A stretch of 64,000 nucleotides of DNA from Carcharhinus amblyrhynchos. Its lineage: Eukaryota. The notes below the pieces were generated by a model, which was given only the letters and a program-made list of their open reading frames with translations, was not told where the DNA came from and made no database searches. Location: assembly GCA_965287045.1 (NCBI GenBank), contig OZ336870.1:121830001-121894000 (forward strand). The letters run 5' to 3'. Below are positions 1 to 14,590 of the stretch, in pieces (positions within the stretch are counted from its first letter, which is position 1; each line of letters opens with the position of its first letter). The position numbers were made by a program, and so were the translations under genes.

Positions 1-3000
1 TAATTTAAAAATGTGCACTAAATCATTCTATACAGATACTAATAAGAGTTACATATTAACTGCAAAAAGCTCCCAGTGGTATCTGAACTTACAATACTGG
101 CATTAATGTGCCTTTAAAATTCATTTTGTAGCCTGAAAACCTACACTACAGCAATTATAATCTTCAGGTGCTAACTGTAGCAAAATAGATGTTTTGCCTC
201 TTCTGGTCAAGTTTTAATAAGTTGATCATAGTTTGCGAAAATAGAAGATGATCATAAGTTATTTTTCTTCCTATTCTCTACAAGCCCCTACCCCTGCCAA
301 TTTCCATGTTCTCTCCTTCAATGAAGCCCATCCCACTCATGTTTCCATTCACATTATCAATGTCACTTGCTGATTCCCCTACAAGGCAACATAGTTTGTT
401 AGAATCAAAGCAATCCTCTTCCCTTTATTTTGCTTCCCTCCCATGTACAATTCCCATTAGGACTGATAAAATTCACCATATGAACGAAATCAAAAACAGT
501 CTTCTTTCTATTGCCTATTTATATTGATTTTTATCCTACATGACCAGATCTTCAGCCTGTCTTGATTGGTATTGGTCAAAGAGTGAAATGATACAATAAT
601 TTTACACATAACTAAATCCATAAAGTTTTGAACCCAGTCTTATGCTGCTTCATTTAAAATGTAAAATTGCTGTTGAAATATTGAACAACTTGTCATTAAT
701 CTCACTGTTCACTTTAAAATCTCAAGTCAATCAACTTTTTTTTAATACTTCACCTAGTTTGCTTTGTTCTTTTCTCTTCAGGGTTGATTCACGCTGAGCT
801 ATAGTTCATCCCAGCACCTTATCTAATGGACCATTCTTATCTGTGTGCAAGCAGGTATTTGATTATTGAAGGATACATCACGGTTTAATTGTGCCTTGTC
901 TGGTATGTTTATGCATGGTCTCCAAGAGAGGTAACTTGACAGTAATCAGAAATGGATTCCTGGCTAATTTTTCCTCTCCCTAGTACTGGGATCTAATTTT
1001 AGTGCCCTTATTGCTCAGTTAACTCAACTTACACTGAAAATGTATCCATTTTCAGACATAGAACAAAGGCCCACCCACTTCAGTTTTCAGGCAAGCTTGT
1101 GGATCAGTAACCAGATTGTCACCTATCTCCAGCAAAAGGCTGTTTAAAGATAATAAGTTGCTCATAACCATATGTTTCCTCTCCACCACAATCCAATTCC
1201 ACAATTAACTGCAGATCAGGACTGTCTCTACCCAACCAAAACAAATTCTGTCCCAATACAAATATTCAATCCAGCTAGTGAAGTTTATTCCTCAAGATCA
1301 TCGGTGTCAGTTCTCCGAATATATCAAGTTATTTGTCCATCATCTATAGTCCCTTTGCTCATGTACATCTAGATCACTTCTCCATACTATGAGAGATTGC
1401 GGGGCTGGCAGGAGTGAGTACATTCAACATTAGCACTGATATACATTGATTCATTACACCCAAAACCTTTTATTAAAAATCCATACAAGACTTCATTCCA
1501 CTCTAATTTTTGAATCCTTATATTCTATTTTTCCAAGTGTAAAATTCTTTCTTCTAATTCCAGACTTCTGTGCAATTTCCTACATTCCCTTCTCCAGTTC
1601 TCACTTTTTCCTTAAAACTCTTCTCAAGACCCATTTCTTTTTGCAAACTTTCATTTTCTACAGTCTTTCCCTTCTAGGTTTGGAGTTCATTTTCCATACG
1701 TCTATGTTAGAACGCTTTTCTAACAAAAACACAAAAACAGCATAAATTCAAATTGATAAGCGTACATTTGGTAAGAACGCACCGCAAACCAGTGATCCAA
1801 CTTGGTGGCTTGTAGTCTTGCCAACAGATTTTACCTTTACTGCAAATTAAATATCAAACAAAAATAATAAGAATTAGAGATAATGGATAACATTCAATGT
1901 TAACTATATTGTGGCATCAATTGTACAGCAATTCCAGTGATGTCACTAGAACAATTTTAGTCTTGCAAAACCATCTGTTCCCAATTATGACATCATTTCA
2001 ACGTAATATAAAACATACTTCATGGAGCTGAAATCATGTGTGGTACAAAACACAAAAAAAATCTGTTGACTTTTACTTATTATGTTATTAAATTCCAAAT
2101 GTAAAAACAGAACAGCAGAGCACAAAATGATACCCAACACTCAACGTGGAAAAGTCTTGCATGCAATTTGCTTGAGCACTAAACACAAGATCATCGTCCA
2201 TGCACACTCATCTGTTTCTTATTCACGCACTAATATGTCCAAACTGATTTTCAAATGGCAAAACATTTAGAATTCAACTGAAGTACTTGAAATTTGGTGC
2301 ATGAGACATGAGATATCAACAAGGAAAGAATCCTAAGTCATATGCCAATAAATGTGTTAATGTTTTGACAAACGAGGCAAAACAATACATTGTAGGTTTA
2401 TGTTGGCAAAGGACAATGAATTGTGCCTTCTCTTTCTTCGTGGTTATTCTTCAATGCAGAAATGTGATGTAAAAGTCTGGGAATGTTAATGAAACTTAAA
2501 AGATTGACTGGTTAGAATGGCATCAAAAACCGAGACAAATGGAATTTGTTTGTCATTCTATCAAGATTCCATCAAGTTCTACAACATTAAGCATATATAG
2601 CAGACTTATAAAACACAAGTTGTAGAGATAAAATCATGTGCCAGTTGTTAATAAAGTTTGTGACCACAAGTGATCTATTCTCTTCCCCGCTGCAATTCTA
2701 TGCAAAAACAGGCATAAACAGTCAAGAGGGTAGAGTGCAAAACTCTGCCACATTGTGTTGACTCAACATTATTACAAATACACACCTCTGCCTTGAGTCC
2801 TTTCCCTGCCTGGATGAGGTTCTGTCACATCACAGCTGAAAAAAAACTTCCATCTCACTGAGAGGCTTCAAGACAATCCAAATCCAACAACCTACTCTGC
2901 AAACACTGGTCACACTGACAGGTATGACAAATTCCATCACAACAACTGAGACAAATTGGTAACATATCAAATATTACAACCCGTAACAGTCTAAAGAAAA

Positions 3001-3859
3001 GCTGATTTGCCCTCATCTCCAAATGTTAACAGACCCTTTAAAAAGTTCCAAGATTTGGATCTGTATTTTCAAAGAAAACTTGAGCCATATCTTACCTTTG
3101 TACCAAGGTGCATAGAAATTCACCCATTAGTCTTTGAGATGTTGGGCAGATTCTTAAGCCTAGATTCTCCATGCACGAGAATGGAAGCATGCACTCAAAA
3201 TCTGGAGAGTTTTGGAAAAACCTTGTTCTCAACGATGAGATTACATTTTGTAATTTTGAATGAAGCCCAATGGCAAAGTAATGTGGAATACGCCATGGAA
3301 TATTGGGAACACAATTTTAATGCATTAGCATCACATTACTGGCTACTTCTCTTGATATTGAGCCCACACCAAATGTTCAGCAGTGATGTCATGTCAGCAC
3401 CATTTATATAAGCGTGAACCTGGCACCTTCACCACTGACGGGGATATCGGAGGTGAGCGCTCAGGCAACCATTTCTCCGCATTCTGTCCAATACTCAAGG
3501 AGCACCAGGGAGCATGCTGGAGACAGATAAGTACACTTGGGATCGTGAGTGGGAGTCACTCTCACCATACCGGGAGGAGGAGAGGAGGGTACTAGGTGAA
3601 ATGGGTTGGTCCTATGCCTTGAGAAAATGGAGGCTCAACATTATTTACCCTGATGATACACAGGGGCAATAATGTAGAAATTGTTGTGTCAGAAGGGATG
3701 CTGAGAAGGAGAGCAGATATTCACTCAATTAATGGGAGGCATTTGATTGGAAGTCACAGAGGCATGGAGAAATGAGGGTCAGAGCTCACTGTGACGGTCT
3801 CGCTCTTTAAATGCATGTTTCAGAAAAATCAAGGAGCCTATTGATTTGATGTTTCAAAG

Positions 3860-4180
3860 AACAAAACAGCACGGGAAACAGACCCTTCAGCCCAATGAGC
3901 CCACGCCGCCATTTCAACTGAGTCCCCTCTCCACCCATGACCCTTGTCTATGCTTATGGCATTCCATATTGGAAACCAGATTGAGGGGAGACTAATTTAG
4001 GGACAATTTGTTCCACCAATCAGCCTAAGAGTACATCTTTGGGGTGTGGGAGGAAACCGGAGCACCTGGAGAAAACCCACGCAAGCACGGGGAGAATGCA
4101 CAAACTTCCACAGACACTGGCCCAAATCCATGTATCTGCACAGCAAACAGTGATAGTCACTGAGCTGTCGTGTTGCCCAG
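3860..4180 (-). mobile_element. V-SINE (HE1-like shark SINE), diverged
   Basis: Reverse complement of the V-domain core (GGAGGAAACCGGAGCACC...GGAGAATGCACAAACTTCCACAGAC on +) with a CR1-like 3' tail near 3860-3900. Ends are approximate. Confidence 0.75.
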
Positions 4181-4474
4181 CATCTGGTCCAGTTTAAGCG
4201 TACACTAACGACGTGAAGCACTAGGCTACTCTCGAAACATCCAAGAGCAGCCCTCATACGACCCATCGTGTGTATGCCCCTTGTTGGACAACAAGGTGGA
4301 CTGAAGCACCTGTGGATTAAAAGAGAAAAACATCAGTAATGTGCACATCCTTATACAAACATCCAAGGGAATCCCCAGAAGCTCAAAAGTAAAACAAGTG
4401 AGCCAGAAAATATGTTGGAAGGTCTGTAGGAATCAATTGATTCCCAGGGACATCCCAAGGCTCCTGAACCTTAT

Positions 4475-5330
4475 TTAAAACAGTCTCCTATCCTGCTCCA
4501 TCTCCATCCCGCTCATGTGCCTGTCTAAGTAACTCTTAAACAACTCCAGCATGCCTGCCTCCACCACCTTGCTTGGCAGAGCATTCCATACCCCCACAAC
4601 CCTCTGTGTGAGAAACCTCCCTCTAACATCCAAATTATACCTTGCCCCCCTCACCCTAAGCCCGTGGCCTCTCGTCATGTGTGTTTCCAATCTAGGAAAA
4701 AGCTTACCACTGTTTACTCTATTTATACTCTTCTTAATCTTATATACCTCTATTAGATCTCCCCTCAGTCTCCATCTTTCTAGGGAAACAGCCCCAATTT
4801 GCCCAATCTTTCCTCATAACCCAGTCCTTCCACACCTGGCAGCATCCTGGTAAACCTCCTCTGAACTCTCTCCAGGGTCTCCACGTCTTTCCAGAACTGG
4901 ACGCAGTACTCCAAATGTGGCCTAACCAATGTTCTATACAACTGCAACATTAGACTCCAGCTCTTGTACTCTATACCCCTTCCTATAAAGGCTAACATAT
5001 AAGCTTTCTTCACAACCTTCTCCATCTGTACTGCCACCTTCAAAGACTTGTGCACTTGCCCTCCCAGGTCCCTCTGCATTTCTATGCTCTTAATAGGTCT
5101 ACCCTTTATCATATAACTCCCCCCTACATTATTTCTCCCAAAATGCATCACTTCATTTATCAGGATTAAATTTCATCTGCCATTTATCTGCCCAATATAC
5201 CAGCCTATCTATATCCTGTTGTATTGCCTGGCACTGCTCCTCAGTGTCTGCCAGTCCAGCCATCTTAGTATCATCTGCAAACTTGCTGATCACACCACGT
5301 ACTCCCTCTTCCAAGTCATTTATGTAATAA
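4475..5330 (-). mobile_element. CR1-class LINE, 5'-truncated ORF2 3' end with frameshifts
   Basis: Minus-strand ORF pieces ISKFADDTK (RT YADD-like motif), LYRTLVRPHLEYCVQFW and TRGHGLRV...FLTQRVVGVWNALP, all typical of the CR1 ORF2 C-terminus. Confidence 0.93.
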
Positions 5331-5399
5331 TTTCTAATCATTATGATCGAACAGCAGCAGGGAAAATGAGATGCTGCCATACATGTACAGGATCAAAGA

Positions 5400-6480
5400 C
5401 TTCCAGCTGTCCAGCAAGCAGGAGAATAGCATCAACCTCAGAGACAGTACTAGCCTAGAATCCTCCAGTGTCAGTGCTCATACCTTCACACGTCCGAGCC
5501 TCAGTGCCGGAGAAGGCTGTGCCTACTCCAGGGGATGGTGGACCACCTTTACCACATTATGCATGAGCTGGCACCCCATGGAACTGGAGTACACCCAATG
5601 CCTGTGGCCCTTAAAGTTAAAGCCGCACTAAATTTTTTTGTTAGTTGTCTTCAAGGGCAGCACTGGGAACACCTGTGGCATCCCCCAGTCTGCCACGCAC
5701 AAATGTATGAGGGAGGTCACAGATGCCCTCTATGTAAGAGCAGAGAGGTTCATAAACTTGAACCAGGATCAGGTAAGCCAGGATGCCATGACCATGGGCT
5801 TTGCCCTCATAGAAAGATGCCCCAGGTACAAGGTGCCAGTGACTATACCCATATGGTCACCACCACGGCAGGCAATGAACCACTAGGGGTTCCACACCCA
5901 CAATGTCCAACACATCTGCAACCAAATAATGCACATCATACAGGTCTGTACCCATTTCCCACAGAGCACCCATAACAGACACATCTTGGTTTGCCCACAA
6001 AGACCAACCATCTATGAGGTAGAGTGGCAGCTGGAGGGATGAGTCCTCAGAGACAAGGACGCGGTTAATGACACCAGTGTGGAAGCCACATACACCAGCA
6101 GAGACACATTACAATGATGCTCATACTTGAACGTGCATCTTGCTGGAGCAGGCCACTGGACTGCTAAAGATGTGGTTCTAGTGCCTGGACCATTTGGGGA
6201 TGACCTACAAGACAGCCTCCAGAAGATATCCCACATTACTGTGTGGTACTGCAAGCTTCACAACTTAGCACTGCAGAGGGAAGACCACCTGAAATAAGAG
6301 GAAATGGGTGAGTGTCACACCTTCTCGAATGAGTAGTATGTTGAGAAGAGTGGTGGGCATGATGAAGCCAAAGAAGAGGAGGAGGAAGGCAGGGCTACGT
6401 ACAGGGCCAGGATGGACCACCAAGCAAGGAATACCCTTAATATCTCGCTTTGGGGATGAGCAAGAATAGCCTGTGTCAAG
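5400..6480 (+). mobile_element. Decayed PIF/Harbinger transposase (HARBI1-like DDE)
   Basis: Broken frames PMPVALKVKAALNFF, GSTGNTCGIPQSATHKCMREVTDALY and PQVQGASDYTH resemble the Harbinger 'FP..GAIDCTH' region. Multiple frameshifts. Confidence 0.8.
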
Positions 6481-7149
6481 CTTCCCCCGCAATGGGTGTC
6501 AGGTTATACAAAGCATCATCCTGCATATCTCCAGACAGGAGGTCGAAGCTATTGGCCAGACTCTGCAGGAGAATAATTATGACTTGTTGCAATGACAAAG
6601 TGACACTCTCCTCATCTTCAGCAATATATCTGACTAACAAAAAGTTGAACATTCCCTGCCAATGAATAGGCACATGGTGGGCTTCATAAATAGTTTAAAA
6701 TGACCATCAGGTAATACCAGCCCTTTTGCAATGCTGCACTCTTGAAAAGCTCTAACCTTCATTAAGGGATGGTGGGGGGTGGGATGCCCCTTCCAAAATG
6801 GGAATATGGGAAGGGTTTCCAAGGATGCAGGGAGTAACAGGGGTTATAGCTTATGATACCAAATGACAGGTTGTAGGCTAACAAAGTGCATATTTAATTT
6901 GGAACTATATATAGTAGTGATCTTTCTGCACTTGTGCCAACCAGATGCCTACAACTTCATACCCTTCCTTACCCTCACACTACGTCTAGGTGTTTCACCA
7001 GGATCCACAGCTGAAAGGAAAAACAGATACACATGATTTCATTCAATGAATAGATTAAATCCAAGAGGATAACAGAAACAGTCAGAAATGAATATCAATA
7101 CTGTTCAACATAAATGAGTGCTTTATCCTGCGGATAATGTACTCTAATG

Positions 7150-8415
7150 CAATGTTGTTAAAAGTGTGGGTCGCGACTTCTGGGTGGGTCATGGGGTGCT
7201 GAAAAATCAGTCGCTAAAAATGATCCTGAAAGATCATCTGACTGTATTTTCTGTTTTCTCTCTGGATAAATTCTCATTGCCGTACAGTGTATGACCAAAT
7301 CAGACAAAAATAAACAGGCACCAAATGAATTGGCCCTGGTGCCAGCTGTCTTTCTCTTTCTAGTAGATTCGGATCATTTTGTTATGCGAAAGAGAGGCCA
7401 GAGACACCAACAGCCAGGAAACCTACTGGCTAGGATCTTGCATCTGAATCTGCTGGAGAAAGTGCTAGGCTGCTCTATCGAGTCGATGACAGAACGGAGC
7501 AGTATTAATGTCAGTACTGAATAGAATGCCAGGACCTCCAGTGAACAGCCTGCAAAGAAAAACCTAAAATCACTAACAAAGCAGCATAAAAATGATTTTT
7601 TGAGGTACAGTTTTGTCAATTGTACACCACAAATCAGGTCCTTGCGTATTACATGCAGGGAAATGCTAGCAAATGAGGGTTTAAAACCCTCAAAACTTCA
7701 AAGGCATCAGAAGACCAAGCATGATGAGCTGAGGAACAAACCTTGGGACATTTTTCAAACGATGCAGCAAGAACTGAAATCATCAGTCAAACTCTCAGCA
7801 AAAATTTAACATTGAATGACAAAGCACAACCAGTCTCTTACATGGTAGCTTACCAAGTAGCTATAGAGAAATACCCCACACTGTTGCAGAGAAATTAATT
7901 CTCCCTATAGCATTACACATGGTTCACATGGTTTTAGATGGGAAGTCAGCTGAGATGCATTGTGCTTTGTGATAAAACAGTATCTCGTTGAATTTGTGAT
8001 ATTGCTGAAAATTTAGAAGTTCAGTCTATTTCTCAGTTAAAGTTAACGGGAGATTTCTCAACACAACTGGATAAAAGTACAGATGTTACATGTTGCACAA
8101 CCTTGTTAGTTTACATTAGGTATATTTGACACATTGAATTTACTGAGGATTTGTTATGCTGCTAGACATTACTAACCAGCATGACTGGCACTAAGATATT
8201 TTAAGCGTTGAATAGCTATGTGGTTGTAAAGTGTGGACTCGACTGGGTTAATTGCAAAGGGAATCACAAATGAAGGGTCAGCCCATATGACTGGGAAAAA
8301 AGGAGACTTAGAATAAGGATTAAGGAGGCATTTGGACAGGACATTGTTCGGAATCGTTGTTTTAATCACCACAAGGCACTGGCATCAAGGGGAATTCCAT
8401 TTGATCTTGACATTG
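7150..8415 (+). mobile_element. Decayed hAT (Charlie/Buster-like) DNA transposon, 5' part
   Basis: Left end CAATGTTGTTAAAAGTGTGGGTCGCGAC resembles Charlie termini. Broken frames include CREMLANEGLKPSKLQRHQKTKH (BED-finger-like), HTVAEKLILP and FSTQLDKSTDV. Confidence 0.85.
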
Positions 8416-8879
8416 GGGCGCACTGTTCTCTCATTCTGTGAACCTGATTGGAGTGAGATCACGAGGACCAAGCAGGCTCACCCGTCACATTAAGTAGTAA
8501 GTGAATGTGGCGTGGGTTACCAGGAACTGCCATTTGGTAAACGCTGGTTGCTAAAAAAACAGTTTGAAAAACACTGCTGATGCATCTGAAGACTTTCCCA
8601 CTTTCACACTGCTGGTCAACTTAATGGTCACTTATATTTTAAGAATAAGGCGCTATCATCAATCACTGCTTAGCATACAGCATTTCGTTTTGACATGTGA
8701 GAAGATGACAACATCTTTTTGCACACGCACCCTTGTCCCACATAACCAAAAATTGTTGCGGAATGCCAGGAATCCCAGAATCAGGTCTGTTTGCAGTGTT
8801 TTTTGCAGCCTGCATCCATTCTGCCATGGATGGAGACATGAAAATGGCTCAAGATGTTCAGGAAAGAAAGGAGTGAAAG

Positions 8880-9005
8880 AAAGGAGCTAAGGTCAAGTCA
8901 AGGAGAATATTACAGGCTTGAGGGAAGGTATATCCTGGAGGGGGTCAAGGACACAATCTACTTGGATAGAGTTAAGAAACAATAAAGGTCCCATCACACT
9001 AATGA
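8880..9005 (+). mobile_element. Short CR1 endonuclease-region fragment
   Basis: Translation WIELRNNKGPITL matches the CR1 APE-domain 'WVELRN.KG..TL' motif. Confidence 0.55.
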
Positions 9006-10269
9006 ATGCCCCTACCTGTGGAGCAAGTACACCTATTCCCTGCAGGTGGGGAGCAGTTGTAAATGCTGCTGGTAGAACCTCTCCCGGCTTGGTGAGTTAG
9101 ACACTAGTGGGCCTGGAGACTACCTTTCCGGGCCTGCTAATTATATGGAAATAACTATTTCCAGCACAGAGCTAATTACATAAAAAAATGGCCTGGGAGT
9201 TCTGCTTTTGGCCCCCTACCGATGTCTCCCAGTCCACTACACTACTCGAGCATCCCAGCGGGCTGGGAGAATCCAGCCCTTATCTTTGTTCCAAAATAAA
9301 TCACACGTACCCCAGTCTTTATTTTGTTTTCTGTTAAATTATACCAACTAAATGATAAATTTGTTTGTCAGCTTGTAATTTCCTGTCCAAGAAAATTCTT
9401 CAACATGATTAGCTGCTTAGACTGCCTGATGATATCATTGCTGTTGTATACCAGATCTCCTATAGCTGACTCCAGAATTAAATTAACATTGAGAAAGGTA
9501 TTTGTCAGCGGCTTTCTTCAAGTACTTTCACTTTATAGCTGACCTAAAAAAAAAACAAGACGTATTAACTTCTATGTCAGTTTGTGATAAAAATTACTTT
9601 TTTTATTAATTAAGACAGAATCAATAACAATGATAATAACAATATGGTTCTAAAATTTAAATATTAAGATATGCAATGATCATATAGGTCATTGGGATCA
9701 AACATTTGATAACAATCAGTATTTTCCAACTATACAAACTGTTCCAAATGATAAACTATTGAAGTGCTTGAGTTTACTCTGTCAACCCCAATATTAATTC
9801 AGTATGATCTGTAGGGAACTTATCAATATTTTATCAGAAAGTAATAAGTAAGATCATGCTGTATTGTAAAGGTTCCCTAGAAAAATTAAAAATGCATTGA
9901 GCATTGATACAGATATACAACTGCACAACGCAACTTATTCTCATCAGCTGGTGAAAGAGGAGAAATAGAAAGCAGATGTTTACAATTCCTTTAGTCAAAA
10001 AGCTGAAAGGACATTGTGTTACTAAATTATTTCCATTACAACCTGCTAATTAGCATTTGATTGTAAAAGTACTCACTGTGCAGAAGCAAGTTACTTCAGT
10101 TATAGCGAAAAGGCTTTTTTTGTAATTAGAAAAGACAGCTGTTTTCAATCTAAAGTTTTCCTTTCCTTGTCCATTGTTTTTCATTACGATCTAGTCTACT
10201 CCGTAAAAGAAACTTCCATTTCCTTTTCCTCAGAAAACACTTCTGGAAATCCCTCATTTCTTTTCATTT

Positions 10270-10585
10270 TCTGAGATATGAGCATCAACAATTATTGTCC
10301 TTCCCTAACTGCCCTCCATTTCAGAGGGAATTTTAGAGCCAACCACATTGGTATGCATCTAGAGTCACATGTAGGCCAGACCAGGTAAGGATGGCAGGTT
10401 TCTTTCCCTAAAGGACATTAGTGAACCAGATGTTTTTTTTATGACAATCAGCAATGATTTAATGGTCATCATTTGACTTTTAATTCAAATTTCACCATCT
10501 GCTGTGGCGGTACTTGAACCCGGGTTTCCAGATCTTGCTCTGGGTCCCTGAATTACTAGTCCAGTGACAATGCCACTGTGGCCAG
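10270..10585 (-). mobile_element. tRNA-derived shark SINE, diverged
   Basis: GAGTCACATGTAGGCCAGACCAGGTAAGGATGGCAG...AAGGACATTAGTGAACCAGATG body and a tRNA B-box-like head (TTGAACCCGGG on +). Confidence 0.6.
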
Positions 10586-10617
10586 AAAAGACCTACTAGG
10601 GTGGTATACATACTAAT

Positions 10618-12080
10618 TAGGAGCAGAGGTACGACACTCATCCTGTCACGCCTATGCCACGATTCAATAAGATCATGGCTGATCTGATTATAACCTCAAC
10701 CTCACCTTTCTTTTTACACATAATAACTTTTCACCCCCTTGTTAATCACCTGGCTCTCTATTTTTAAAATATTCAAAGATTCTACTTCCATTACCTTTTG
10801 AAGGAGGGAGTTCTAAAGACTCAATGCTTTAAGAGGAAAGTATTCTCCTCATCTCTATCTTAAATGAATGACCCTTTATTGTTAAATTTTGGATTTTCCC
10901 ACAAGAGGAAACATACTCTCCACATCCATCCTGCCAAGACCTTTCAGGATCTTAGGGTTCAATCAAGTCACCTCTTTCTCTGTTAAACTGCAGTGGATAC
11001 AAGTCTAACCTGTCCAACCTTTTCTAATAAAACAACCTGCCCACTCCTGGTATTAGGCTGGTAAACTTTCTCTGAACTGCTTCCAATGCATTTATTGATT
11101 TCCTTAAATAAGGAGACTAATACTGGACATGTTGCTCCTGATGTGGTCTCAACAAGGCTCTGTATAACTGAAGCATAACCTTTCTACTTCTGTAATAAAT
11201 ACTCACACAATAAACAATACTTTCTATTAATTTTCCTAATTATTTGCTGTGCCTGCATTAAGTCTTTTGTGCTTTATGCACTCGGGCACCCAGATCTCTA
11301 TGAATCTGAGCTCTTCAATCTCTCACAATTTATATATTATATATATTTTCTTATTTTTCTTGCCAAAATGAACAATTCCACATTTTTCTACATCATACTC
11401 CATTTGCTAGATTATTACCCATTCACCCATTTGTGCCCCTTAAGTGCCCTTCGTAACTTACATTCCTACATATCTTTGTACCATCCCTAAATTTAGTAAT
11501 CATTCCTTCAGTGCCTTCATCCAAGTCATTTATATAACTTTATATATATTGAGGCTTATCTTGATCCTTGTAGCACACCATTCATTACATCCTGTCAACC
11601 AGGAAAATACCCATTTATGTCAACTCTGTTTTCTGTTAGATAGCCAATTTTCTCTCCATGTCAATATGTTACAGTCTACACCATGAGCTTTTATTTTCCA
11701 CAATAACATTTGATGTGGCATTTTATCAAAAGCATAAATTTAGTGCATCCATCAGTTCTCCTTTGTCCACAGCACATTAGTTCATCAAAGAACCCCAATA
11801 AGCTTAAACATGATTTCCCTTTCATAAAACCATGTTGACTCTTCCTAACAGCCTTGAATTTTTCCAAATGCCCTGCTACAATGTCTGTAATAAAAGCTTC
11901 TAACATTTTTCCTCTGTCAGATGTTAAGCTAACTGGCATGTAGTTTGCTGCTTTCTATCTCCCTCCTTTTTTGAATAAAAGAGTTACATTTGCTATTTTC
12001 CAATCTAATGGGACCTTCCCTGAATCTAGAGAATTTTAGAAAATTAAGACCAGCACATCAACTATCTCATTCTTTATTCT
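10618..12080 (-). mobile_element. Old CR1 LINE 3' portion
   Basis: 3' end is the reverse complement of CAGATCAGCCATGATCTTATTGAAT, the same family tail as the copies at 18330 and 21826. ORF 11691-11939 PVSLTS...SQHGFMKGKSCL is CR1 RT. Confidence 0.88.
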
Positions 12081-12499
12081 TTTCTGTCCAGTCTTCTGAC
12101 CTGACACCCATCTTTGTATAATCAGATGTTTTACCTTCAAGTCTGAAATTATCTTTAACTTTTCTCATTTTGTACAAGATGGTGGCATTTCCCTTTGGAA
12201 TCTTTCTTTCTCATTGGAATGTATTTATTCTGTGTGTTCTGAAATATGTCTTTAAACATGGGCCACTGCAAGACTATTAAAGCTATCCCTTAATCTTATT
12301 TGCCAGTTCACTTTAGTTCTATTTTCATGTCCTCAAAATTGCTCTTATTTCAGTGTAAAATACTAATCTTGAACTCACTCTACTCCTCCTGAGACTGAAT
12401 TCAATCATATTTTTTAATCAATGCTAACTACTGGTGTCTTTGCTATTAGCTTATCAATTAATCCTACCTCGAATATTCCTGAAACAAGAGACTATTCTT

Positions 12500-12850
12500 C
12501 TTACAAAGCTATTCTTCTTACACTCATCAGGACACTTCGCAAGAATACCAGTATATAGAAAAACAACAGTTTATACTGTATGAGAAGAAAGGCCCGGTTG
12601 GTTGGCAATTGGCTGTGGTAGGGACACCGCTACAGAGAATTCATCAGGTGATGTTGACAATTAGCTGTCAAGCATTGTCTGAAATTTAAAGCAGGCAGCT
12701 GATCCCTGATTGGTCAAGGCATTGCCCTCGGGAATGAATCATCAAATGGCTGTCGTTTATTTTGTTCAGCTGAAACAGGCTTATGGTGTGCAATGTTCTT
12801 TCTGTCTGCAAAGAACAGGACCCCGTGTTTTGGAATTCCCTTGCATTGTA
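12500..12850 (-). mobile_element. Penelope-like element 3' fragment
   Basis: Sequence similar to 61960-62160 and to the reverse complement of 63340-63660 (shared TTTATACTGTATGAGA and TGTCTGCAAAGAACAGG). Confidence 0.65.
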
Positions 12851-14112
12851 CAATACCAAGTCTAGTCTAGCCTGCTTTCTGGATGGCTCCAGAACATGCG
12901 GGTCAAAGGAATTATCCTTAAAACAATCTCTGAACACTTTTGGGCGGATTTGTTTCTTCTTCTCCGCGGTACGTTTGATGACGGTGGGAGGCAATGCACT
13001 GCTCACTGGTGGCAGAATGTTATGGTCCTGCTGTTGTGAACGGGGGTTTCCGGTTGAACACACCTTTCACCGACGGGAAACCCAAGGTCAGGGTGCGCCA
13101 TTGGTTGTTCCGTCTGATCCTGTCAGTATAAATCTGCAAGATTTCGGTGTTCATCTTTGCCCACCTGATTTTTCTAATCTATATTTAAACTAAAATCCCC
13201 AGTGAGTACTCCTGTACCTTTATAACAAGCTTCTATTTTCTCCTCATATCCTGATCTACAACGTAGTTACAATTAGACGACCTGTACACCATTCCTTCGA
13301 GTGATTTCTTGCCTTTATCATTCCTCATCTTAACCCAAACTGCTTCTATATTCTAGTTTCCTGAACTTAAGTCATCCTTCTCGCACGTGCTAATATCATC
13401 ATTAGTTAACAGAGTCGCCCCTCCGCCTTGTCTAATTTTCTGTCCTTCCAAATATCACATACCATTCGATATTAGAACATAGAAATAAAACATAGAACAG
13501 TACAGCACAGTGCAGGCCCTTCGGTCCTCAATTTGTGCCAAGCTATGTCCAAACCTAAGATCAAGCTATCCCACTCCCTGGTACAAATTTACGTGATCTT
13601 TTAGCCATTCTCTGGAATAGCTATCAAATCATATTCATTTATTACCATTTGCTCTATCAATTCACCTGCTTTGTTTCAAATGCCACATAAGTTTAGATAT
13701 ACAACCTTTGGTTTTGTCCTTTTTATTATTTTCGTAGTGTCTAGTCTTATCTGTTCATTTACTCTTAGATTTATATTCACTGCCAGTCTGTTTATCATTT
13801 CCTTTATTAGTACCTTTTTCTCTTGCTTTGTCTCTACACTTTGATTTACCATATCTCTTAAATTTGATTCTTTGTCCCACTATTTCGATTAAAATCCTTT
13901 CCACTCTCCTGTTTATGCAGCTCACTAAAACAACTTCAGCACTATTCAGGTATAGACTGCCCCAATGGTACAACCTGCTGTTTCCTCTACGAACTGGAAC
14001 ACACTGCTCCAACAATGGTCTTTTAGCCACGCATTTATTTCTCTAGTCTTATTTGCCCTATGCCAATTTGCACTTGGCTCAGATACTATGCCAGAAATTC
14101 TTACCTTTGATT

Positions 14113-14275
14113 AAAAGCAAAATACTGCAGAAGCTGAAAATCTGAAATAAAAACAGAAAATGCTGAATAAACTCAGCCAGTTCTGAAAGTCACATGGATT
14201 TGAAATGTTAACTCTGTTTATCTCTCCACAGATACTGCCAGACCTGTTGAGTTCATCCAGCAATTTTTGTTTTTA
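14113..14275. repeat. Palindromic chondrichthyan dispersed repeat (Penelope-associated/MITE-like)
   Basis: AAAACAGAAAATGCTGAATAAACTCAGC ... GTTGAGTTCATCCAGCAATTTTTGTTTT form imperfect inverted arms. Related copies lie at ~44615-44790 and ~58720-58820. Confidence 0.65.
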
Positions 14276-14276
14276 A

Positions 14277-14590
14277 AATCATAGAACCATAGAATTCCTA
14301 GAGTGCAGAAGGAAGCCATTCAGCCCATTGAGTTATCAACTCTCCAAGTCTACACTGACTCTTCTCCCCTCCCCACCCATCCATGTAACCCTGCACATTT
14401 ACCCATGCCAAATCCACCTAACCTACACATCTTTGGACACCAAGAGGCAATTTAGCATAGCCAATCCACCTAATTTGCAAACCTTTAGACAGTTGGAGGA
14501 AACTGGAGCACCCAGAGGAAACCCACACAAGGCTGGAATCAAACCTGGGTCCTTGTTGTGAAGCAGCAATGCTAACTACTGTGCCACCCG
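14277..14590 (-). mobile_element. V-SINE (HE1-like), diverged
   Basis: tRNA-like head (GCAGCAATGCTAACTACTGTGCCACC on +), V-domain GGAGGAAACTGGAGCACCC, and a CATAGAAC tail repeat. Confidence 0.75.

Noticed and set aside
1250-1745. Purine-rich minus-strand stretch after a good acceptor (~1721), and the 99-aa + strand ORF
   Set aside because: All three minus frames hit early stops, and the + ORF is a low-complexity F/L/S-rich by-product.
5400-8415. Domesticated transposase genes (HARBI1, ZBED5/FAM200-like)
   Set aside because: Numerous stops and frameshifts show these are fossils.
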